64,000 nucleotides of DNA from a bacterium CG_4_9_14_3_um_filter_65_15 (GTDB lineage: Bacteria; Krumholzibacteriota; Krumholzibacteriia; LZORAL124-64-63): positions 7,167 to 71,166 of the forward strand of contig PFVX01000024.1 in NCBI GenBank assembly GCA_002790835.1, given 5' to 3'. The position numbers were made by a program, and so were the translations under genes. A model generated the notes under the pieces. That model did no database searches and was not told the DNA's origin. It saw only the letters and a list, made by a program, of their open reading frames with translations. Position 1 is the stretch's first letter; each line of letters opens with the position of its first letter. Of the stretch, positions 56,526 to 64,000 are shown in pieces.

Positions 56526-57463
56526 CGGGATTCCACTCGGGGAGCGGGACGCCGAAGAGTGTGGCCCGAGACTGGTTCGGGCTGGCCAGCTTCACGCCGG
56601 GTAATCGTTTCCTGCGGGACGGGGGGCGCCTGTACCTGCTGGACAGTGTCGGCAGCACCAACGATTTCCTGCGTGGACTGGGGGAGACGGCTACCGGTCG
56701 GCTATGTGAGTGGGACGGCTGGGGATGGCGGGCCCGGGAAATCGAGCAACTATCGCCGGTCCAGGAGGCGGGGACGGGCAACCTGGTTGTTGCCCGCACC
56801 CAGACCGCCGGCCATGGGCGTCAGGGCCGCAAGTGGACCGACTGCGGGGGATTGAATCTTTCGGTGGTGATTCCGTCTCACCGTGTGGCGCTCGGACGCG
56901 GATTCTCGGTCTGGCTGGGCTTGATGACGGTGACCATGTTGCGCGAAACCCTCCGGGTCGACGCACGTTTGAAGTGGCCCAACGATATCATGGTCGGTGA
57001 ACGCAAGCTGGGAGGAATCCTGCTGCAGCGCGAGGTCACCGCGACGGCTTCCCTGACGGTGGGGGGCTTGGGATTGAACCTTGCGACCCCCAGGGGGGGC
57101 TTTCCCGCCGACCTCCAGGGTACGGCGACCAGTGTGCTGCAGGAAACCGGTAGCCTGGTCAAACCCTCCGTTCCAGCCGGCGCGCTGATGGCCAAGGTCG
57201 AGGATGAACTGGACCGGTTCGAGGCCGAAGGGTGGGCACCCTATCGCAGCAGCCTGGACCATCTGGACTGCCTGCTGGGACGGGAAGTCCGGGTGCAGTC
57301 GATCAACAAGGTCCTCGCAGGCCGGGCGGCAGGGATCGACGACGGCGGAGGGTTGAAACTCACGGCCGCCGATGGCGAGTTGATTCTGGTCCAGGTCGGG
57401 GATGTGCATATCCTGCACACCAGTGGACCGGACGGAAAGGCGGAGGATCCCCATGGCCGCTAG
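56522..57463 (+). CDS. birA: Biotin--[acetyl-CoA-carboxylase] ligase
   Basis: GHGRQGRKW matches the BirA GRGRRGRxW biotin-binding loop; 313 aa without an N-terminal HTH (group I). The ATG overlaps the nadC stop. Confidence 0.85.
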   Translation: MTGFHSGSGTPKSVARDWFGLASFTPGNRFLRDGGRLYLLDSVGSTNDFLRGLGETATGRLCEWDGWGWRAREIEQLSPVQEAGTGNLVVARTQTAGHGRQGRKWTDCGGLNLSVVIPSHRVALGRGFSVWLGLMTVTMLRETLRVDARLKWPNDIMVGERKLGGILLQREVTATASLTVGGLGLNLATPRGGFPADLQGTATSVLQETGSLVKPSVPAGALMAKVEDELDRFEAEGWAPYRSSLDHLDCLLGREVRVQSINKVLAGRAAGIDDGGGLKLTAADGELILVQVGDVHILHTSGPDGKAEDPHGR

Positions 57464-58271
57464 GGGAGACGGGGCCCGGCGTGTGGCAACCCTCAACGTC
57501 GGAAACTCACGCCTGCATCTGGGCCTGTGCTCCCTGCAACACCTGCCCCCATGCCGGCCGACCAGGGATCAGCTAGCGGCAAGACTACCCGACCCCGCAT
57601 CCTTGCGTGGCTGGGAAGCTTGCCCTGCGGACTCCCCCGACGCCTCCCACTTGGCTTCGGCGGTCGCCGATACCGTGAAGAATCTTCAGGCGGACCGGGT
57701 GGTCCTGGTGTCGGTGGTGCCGGACTGGTCGCAGCGGCTTGCGGGAGTCATCCCCGAACTCGAGATCATCGACCACACCTGGTCCATGCCTTTCTCGTGG
57801 GGAGTCGATCAACCCTCGCAGGTGGGTGCGGACCGACTGGCCAACATGGCTCTGGCGCGTGCTTGGGGGCTTGAGGAAGCCCTGGTCGTGGATGCGGGCA
57901 CGGCGACGACCTTCGACCTGCTTGCCGACGGTGTCTTCCAGGGTGGGCTCATCGCGCCGGGTATGGCCTTTGCCGCCCGCAAGCTGGGGGAGTACGCCGC
58001 CCGTCTCGATGTCGTTCCTTTCGCTCCCGCGCCAGTGGAAATTGGTCGTGACACGGCCTCGGCCATGGCCGCCGGTGCCTGGTTGACGGGCGTCCACGGC
58101 ATCCTCGGTACCATCGACGCCCTCCAGGAGAAATATGGCCCCAGCCCGGTGGTGCTGACCGGGGGACTGGGTGCCTATTTGGCAGGAGATTCCCGCGTTC
58201 TGGATCCTTTCTGGACCCTGCGCGGGGCAGCTTGGTTGAGCCTTCAGCGGTCCGGTGATCTCAATTTGTGA
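57453..58271 (+). CDS. coaX: Type III pantothenate kinase
   Basis: LNVGNSRLHLGL (DxGNT-like N-terminus) and VVDAGTATTFD (the DAGTA motif) are CoaX signatures; 272 aa; RBS aaaggcggagga. Confidence 0.85.
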   Translation: MAARGDGARRVATLNVGNSRLHLGLCSLQHLPPCRPTRDQLAARLPDPASLRGWEACPADSPDASHLASAVADTVKNLQADRVVLVSVVPDWSQRLAGVIPELEIIDHTWSMPFSWGVDQPSQVGADRLANMALARAWGLEEALVVDAGTATTFDLLADGVFQGGLIAPGMAFAARKLGEYAARLDVVPFAPAPVEIGRDTASAMAAGAWLTGVHGILGTIDALQEKYGPSPVVLTGGLGAYLAGDSRVLDPFWTLRGAAWLSLQRSGDLNL

Positions 58272-58365
58272 GTGGTTGTGTCAGGTGAGTGCGACATTTT
58301 GACAGGAAAATCCCTCTAATTCATTTTTTTTGCCGATTTCCCGGGAATGAGCTTGCGGGGCTTGA

Positions 58366-58388
58366 GTGACCGGGTATATTGCGGTCAC
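58366..58388. promoter_or_regulatory. Inverted repeat GTGACCG-N9-CGGTCAC overlapping a putative -10 (TATATT) upstream of groES; candidate heat-shock operator, not canonical CIRCE
   Basis: Read directly from the sequence. TTGCGG-N16-TATATT is a plausible sigma-70-type promoter at about 58353-58380; the 7-9-7 inverted repeat is centred on the -10. No TTAGCACTC-N9-GAGTGCTAA CIRCE is present. Confidence 0.4.
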
Positions 58389-58459
58389 GTTGGCAGTCGA
58401 ATGCCGGGACTGCTAAACAGTCTCGAATCACCTGAAGATCGAACGAGGGAGGAGCGAGC

Positions 58460-58750
58460 ATGGCTATCAAATTGAAGCCGCTGGCTGACCGGGTCGTTGT
58501 GGCCCCGATGGAAAAGGAAACGATGAAGGGTGGGATCATCATCCCCGATACGGCCAAGGAAAAGCCCCAGCAGGGCAAGATCATCGCCGCGGGTCCGGGA
58601 CAGATCAGCGACAGCGGCGAGCGCGTGCCGCCCGAGGTCAAGAAGGGCGACATCGTGCTGTACGGCAAGTATGCCGGCACCGAAGTGAACGTCGACGGCA
58701 ACGATTATCTCATCCTGCGCGAAAGCGACGTCCTGGCGATCCTGGGCTGA
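58460..58750 (+). CDS. groES: Co-chaperonin GroES
   Basis: [45 protein letters not shown]... is a canonical 96-aa GroES. Confidence 0.97.
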   Translation: MAIKLKPLADRVVVAPMEKETMKGGIIIPDTAKEKPQQGKIIAAGPGQISDSGERVPPEVKKGDIVLYGKYAGTEVNVDGNDYLILRESDVLAILG

Positions 58751-58824
58751 CGGACGTATCCGTCCCTGAAAACGCGGAATCCGCGCCGGCCCTTTGCGGC
58801 GCCTGACCAGAAGGAGAATCTGAC

Positions 58825-60477
<1,653 letters not shown>

Positions 60478-60515
60478 TCATCCGTCTCATGGCGACCGCG
60501 TCAGCCTGGAAAAGA

Positions 60516-60550
60516 ATCCCCCTTCCCGTCAAGGCGAAGGGGGATTTTTT
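60516..60550 (+). terminator. Rho-independent terminator downstream of groEL
   Basis: ATCCCCCTTCccgtcaaggcGAAGGGGGATtttttt has a 10-bp stem, a 10-nt loop and a T6 run. Confidence 0.8.
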
Positions 60551-60693
60551 GCCACCCGGTCAGCTTGTCCGGGCGTGAGGCCGTTCATGGGAGCGGTCCG
60601 GCGTGTCGACTTCGCAGATCCGATCCCAAGATCGAGCGAGGTGTTACCGGCTTCCCGCTTTGCGAGCGGCGGGTGTTGCCCTACAATCGGTTC

Positions 60694-61836
60694 ATGAGAA
60701 TCCTGCACGTGGGCAAGCACTATCCCCCCCATACCGGGGGCATGGAAACGGTCTTGGAAAACATCGCCCAGGGCCTGCTCCATGAAGGCGACGAGGTCGC
60801 CGTGTTGGCCGCCTCGCCTGACGCCGTCGGTCGCCGCGCGGTCATCAGCGCACCCCAGACCGGTCGCCGGGGCATCCTGGCGCTGTCGGCTTGCCCGGGG
60901 CATTGGAACTCCCAGCCCCTGACCTGGGACCTGATGCGGGACTTGCGGGATCTCCAACGGGATTTCTCTCCGCAGATCGTCCACCTTCACCTGCCCAATC
61001 CCCTGGTTGCGGGAGCCTGGCTGGCGTGGTCATCCTGGAACACCGGGCCCAGGCCGGCGCTGGCCGTATGGCACCATGCGGACATGGTGCGACAGAAGCT
61101 GGGCGGGCGTCTGTTGCGGCCCATGGTCCGAAAGTGCCTGGAGCAGGCGGCGGGAATCTGTGTTTCGTCGTCGGCCCTGGCCGAGGCCTCCACCGAGCTG
61201 AAGGGTTTGTCCGACCGGGTGGAAGTGATTCCGTTCGGGATCGCGCCCGCGGCGCAGACCGCTCCCACGGACCGCGGGCCCGACACGTTTCTCTTCGTGG
61301 GCCGTCTGGTTGCGTACAAGGGGGTCTCGGTCCTGGTGGAAGCCATGGCGCTGGTCCCCGGGGCCCGGTTGCAGATCGTGGGAGACGGGCCGCGGCGTCG
61401 GTCCCTGCAGGAGCAGGTGACCCGGCTCGGTCTTGGCGACCGGATCACCTTTGCCGGGGCGGTTTCCCCCCGTGAACTGGAGGCCCGTCTGGCGGGGGCC
61501 AGGGCCCTGGTGCTGCCGAGCGTCGACGGCGGCGAGACCTTCGGGCTGGTCCAACTGGAGGCCATGGCGGCCGGCACGGCGGTCATCGCCTCGGATCTGC
61601 CCATGGGAGTATCGCAGGTGGGGGAGGCCGGACGAACCGCGATCCTGGTTCCTCCCCGTGATGTGGCCGCCTTGGGCGGAGCCTTGGCGAGGCTTCTGGC
61701 CGATCCGGACCTGGCGCGCCGGATGGGCGAGGCCGGCCGGCAGCGTTATCAAGAACATTTCACGCGTCCCAGGATGATCGCCGATTTGCGCAGCTGGTAC
61801 CGTCGCCTCCTGCACGATGGGCCCGGGAGGATTTGA
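60694..61836 (+). CDS. Glycosyltransferase family 4 (GT-B, 'group 1')
   Basis: MRILHVGKHYPPHTGGME (GT4 N-domain) and C-terminal E-X7-E-like FGLVQLEAMAAGTAVIASD. ATG 60694; the track ORF's upstream extension is rejected. Confidence 0.85.
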   Translation: MRILHVGKHYPPHTGGMETVLENIAQGLLHEGDEVAVLAASPDAVGRRAVISAPQTGRRGILALSACPGHWNSQPLTWDLMRDLRDLQRDFSPQIVHLHLPNPLVAGAWLAWSSWNTGPRPALAVWHHADMVRQKLGGRLLRPMVRKCLEQAAGICVSSSALAEASTELKGLSDRVEVIPFGIAPAAQTAPTDRGPDTFLFVGRLVAYKGVSVLVEAMALVPGARLQIVGDGPRRRSLQEQVTRLGLGDRITFAGAVSPRELEARLAGARALVLPSVDGGETFGLVQLEAMAAGTAVIASDLPMGVSQVGEAGRTAILVPPRDVAALGGALARLLADPDLARRMGEAGRQRYQEHFTRPRMIADLRSWYRRLLHDGPGRI

Positions 61837-61837
61837 T

Positions 61838-62554
61838 ATGGATTATGCCTTTCTGGAGCCGTGGCATGCATTCCTTCCGAGAGAAGGCGGGCACGTGCTG
61901 GGCCTCGTCGGGGACGGGGACTTGGAGGCCATGGTCGCGCAGATCGCCGCTTTTTTCGCCGAACTCGAACTCGGGGTGATCGTGTGCGCGAATGTGCCGG
62001 CCGATCGATTGCCGGGGTTTTCCCCTGCGACCTGGTCCGGTCGCGGGTCGTTGCCGGCTGGATCCCGTCTGCTGGTATCACCGCCTTCAACCGGGTCTGC
62101 TGCTGCCTATGTTGACGATCTGCGGGAGCAAAACCCCGCAAGGGTTGTGGTCTATTTGCCGGAAGACCTTTCTGCTCCCGACCAAAGCGAGGGCATCTCC
62201 TGGCCGCAGACCACTTCCCTGGCCGTGGTCCTCATGGCGGGACAAGGTGTGGGGCTGCCCGTCGATTCCGGGGCGGGGTTCGACTCCCGGCAGCCGGCTG
62301 ACCTGTACCGGTGGGAGGATCTGGAGGCACGACTGGTGGGGACCGGTGGTTATCTGGACCGGATCCCGCCGGGTCTCCCGGTGGTCGCGGCGATTTCCGG
62401 GCTGGAAGATGTTGACGACAGCATCGGGCTGTTCGCCCTGACCGACCGCATCATGCAGCATCCGCGGCTGCCTCTGGTCAGCTTCCTGACGCGGCGCGAG
62501 GACGGCCCGGTGGTCCGTACCGCCTACCGCGAGGAAAACGGAGGGAACCCATGA
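61838..62554 (+). CDS. Hypothetical protein (238 aa), translationally coupled to the downstream MocA-like and XdhC-like genes
   Basis: ATG 61838 sits 1 nt after the GT4 stop with RBS gggagga. There is no recognisable motif; the protein is soluble and Gly/Pro/Leu-rich. Confidence 0.5.
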   Translation: MDYAFLEPWHAFLPREGGHVLGLVGDGDLEAMVAQIAAFFAELELGVIVCANVPADRLPGFSPATWSGRGSLPAGSRLLVSPPSTGSAAAYVDDLREQNPARVVVYLPEDLSAPDQSEGISWPQTTSLAVVLMAGQGVGLPVDSGAGFDSRQPADLYRWEDLEARLVGTGGYLDRIPPGLPVVAAISGLEDVDDSIGLFALTDRIMQHPRLPLVSFLTRREDGPVVRTAYREENGGNP

Positions 62555-63195
62555 ACCGGGACGAACGGCGTTGCGACCTGGTGGTCATCCTGGCCCGGGG
62601 GGACTCGCGTCGCATGGGGACCCCGAAGGGCCTGTTGTCCCTGACCGAGGGCGGCCCTCCATTCGCCGCGCTCATTGCCGAACTCTACCGGAGTTGGGCC
62701 GATGTCGTCCTGGTGGCGCGTCACCGTGATGTGGAGCATTATGTTGTGGCCCTGGCGGATATGCCGGAGGTGGAAATCCTGGGCGGGGACCCGGGTGGGG
62801 AAACGGCTCTGACCCTCTGGACGGGGTGGAACCACAGTCGGTGTGGCCCGCAGGCCACCCACATCTGGGCGCACCCGGTGGATATGCCCCTGGTCGGCGC
62901 GAAGACGGTGAGCGCCCTGGCCGCGGCCAGTCGCCGGCGCTCCGAGGCGGTGGTCCGTCCGACCCGGAACGAGGAACCCGGGCATCCCGTAGTGCTTCCG
63001 GCGACCCTCCTGGGGGAACTGGCGGCCCACGACCCCTGGCTCCAGAGGCCTTTCCGGGAATTTCTGGCTTGGCGCAGCTCTCAGCCCTGCGCGCCGGAAT
63101 TCCTGGCATTACCCGACACCGATGCGGGAACAGTGCAGGATTTCGACCGACCGGGCGATCTGGTCGGTGACGGGGAAGGGGCGGAATATGTGTAA
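62551..63195 (+). CDS. MobA/MocA-like molybdenum-cofactor nucleotidyltransferase (NTP_transf_3 family)
   Basis: LVVILARGDSRRMGTPKGLL matches the MobA/MocA LAGGxSxRMGxxK N-terminal motif; 214 aa. Its start overlaps the upstream stop (ATGA). Confidence 0.7.
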   Translation: MNRDERRCDLVVILARGDSRRMGTPKGLLSLTEGGPPFAALIAELYRSWADVVLVARHRDVEHYVVALADMPEVEILGGDPGGETALTLWTGWNHSRCGPQATHIWAHPVDMPLVGAKTVSALAAASRRRSEAVVRPTRNEEPGHPVVLPATLLGELAAHDPWLQRPFREFLAWRSSQPCAPEFLALPDTDAGTVQDFDRPGDLVGDGEGAEYV

Positions 63196-64000
63196 GGGAC
63201 GGGATTTTCCGGTCGGCGACGGCAGGGAGGATGTGAACCGGGTGTGGAGCGACCTGATCGGAGACGGGCGCCAGGGAGTGCTCGCCACGGTCGTGGCGGC
63301 GGCCGAAAACGGTCCCGTCGAGGTCGGCGACAAACTCCTGGTCGTTGCCGATGGACGGCGGATCGGCACCGTGGGCGGGGGACCCCTCGAGTTGGAGGTT
63401 GTCGCCGCCGCCGAGGCCCTGCTTGCAGCGGGGGGATGTCGCCTCCTGAACTGGCAGCCGGGTCCCAGGGACGACGAATGCACGGGCAGGGTGGAAATCT
63501 TCCTGGAGTCCCTGCGGCAGGGTTATTCCTTCTGGATCCTGGGCGCCGGCCACGTGGGCCGCGCGGTGATGGAAATGGGCCGGGGTCTGCCATTCCTCTT
63601 CAAGGTCTGCGATGACAGAGCGGAGTCCTTGGCTGGATTGGCCGGCGAAGGACGGGTCAACACCTTCTGCCTGCCGCCCGATGGCTTGTCTCCGATCCTG
63701 GAAGCGGCGCCCGATGCCGCCCTGTTGATCGCCGGCCCCAGCCATGACCACGACCGGGAATATCTTCAGGCCGCCTTGGCGGCCGAGGATCGTTGCCAGG
63801 CCCGTTTCGGTTTCCTGGGGTTGCTGGGCAGCTCTCGAAAAATCAACAAGTTGAGGGAAAAGTTATCCGAACGGCCGGATTGGTTGAGCCGACTGGATTC
63901 GGCCCAGATGCCGGTGGGCCTGGAACTGGGTGACGGTTCTCCCCACGGCATCGCTCTGGCGATTCTGGCCGAGGCCATGGCCGTTCTCAACGGTCGGGAC
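63188..64000 (+). CDS. XdhC/CoxI-family molybdenum-hydroxylase accessory protein (partial, runs off the 3' edge)
   Basis: Manual translation from ATG 63188: ...GVLATVVAAAENGPVEVGDKLLV..DGRRIGTVGGGPLE (XdhC_CoxI N-domain), then FWILGAGHVGRAVMEMG...LLIAGPSHDHDRE (XdhC_C Rossmann). It is absent from the ORF track because no stop falls in the window, and it overlaps the MocA-like stop. Confidence 0.75.
   Translation, partial: MCKGRDFPVGDGREDVNRVWSDLIGDGRQGVLATVVAAAENGPVEVGDKLLVVADGRRIGTVGGGPLELEVVAAAEALLAAGGCRLLNWQPGPRDDECTGRVEIFLESLRQGYSFWILGAGHVGRAVMEMGRGLPFLFKVCDDRAESLAGLAGEGRVNTFCLPPDGLSPILEAAPDAALLIAGPSHDHDREYLQAALAAEDRCQARFGFLGLLGSSRKINKLREKLSERPDWLSRLDSAQMPVGLELGDGSPHGIALAILAEAMAVLNGRD

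Noticed and set aside
58361-58380. HspR operator (HAIR, CTTGAGT-N7-ACTCAAG).
   Set aside because: Only the left half-site CTTGAGT is present; the sequence 7 nt downstream is TATATTG, not ACTCAAG.
58272-58459. Canonical CIRCE (HrcA operator) upstream of groES.
   Set aside because: A manual scan of the region found no TTAGCACTC-N9-GAGTGCTAA or close variant; only the different inverted repeat reported in the findings is present.

Overview
This is a 64-kb, high-GC (about 65%) bacterial chromosomal segment, densely packed with genes on both strands. No rRNA, tRNA, CRISPR array or transposase was recognised. Gene starts were refined by hand; confidences on the features reflect start-site and family uncertainty. 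In order, the window holds:

- Housekeeping block 1: NfnAB/SudAB-type oxidoreductase genes (partial at the 5' edge), folE, trxB and rplU-rpmA.
- An LPS block: kdsB, pyrG, kdsA, kdsC, kdsD, an lpxL-family acyltransferase, lptC and lptB.
- A nitrogen-PTS-like regulatory block: rpoN, hpf, hprK, a complete mannose-family PTS permease (IIA, IIB, IIC, IID), HPr and Enzyme I, followed by a sugar nucleotidyltransferase and metK.
- On the minus strand, a PKD-domain lipoprotein gene and lptG-lptF, transcribed divergently from a roughly 2,175-aa SprA/Sov-type outer-membrane translocon of the type IX secretion system (T9SS). SprA is immediately followed by a glutaminyl-cyclase-like M28 protein.
- Downstream of that sits the most interesting unexplained locus: an MJ0042-type zinc-ribbon protein, a divergently transcribed 147-aa unknown, an MglA-like Ras-family GTPase with degenerate G-motifs and a 90-aa tail, and a TPR protein. 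I propose this as a candidate, undescribed polarity/secretion-control module. It lies beside the type IX translocon in a genome that does not look Bacteroidetes-like (HprK/PTS-Ntr organisation, high GC).
- Further downstream: uppP, a stand-alone response regulator divergent from a DUF4139 protein, a large GT-C-like membrane protein with a TPR tail, an RpoD-family sigma factor, yigZ, a small outer-membrane beta-barrel, an FG-GAP repeat protein, dsbD with a divergent TlpA-like protein, a PDZ-TM-GAF-PP2C phosphatase, valS, rodZ, uvrB, nadC, birA, coaX, groES-groEL, and a GT4 glycosyltransferase.
- At the 3' edge: a translationally coupled unknown-MocA-XdhC trio (XdhC runs off the window).

Small DNA-level features are reported separately: several rho-independent terminators, a non-CIRCE inverted repeat over the groES promoter, palindromes upstream of nfnA, a perfect 16-bp inverted repeat between folE and trxB, and an 18-bp tandem duplication at a convergent gene junction.
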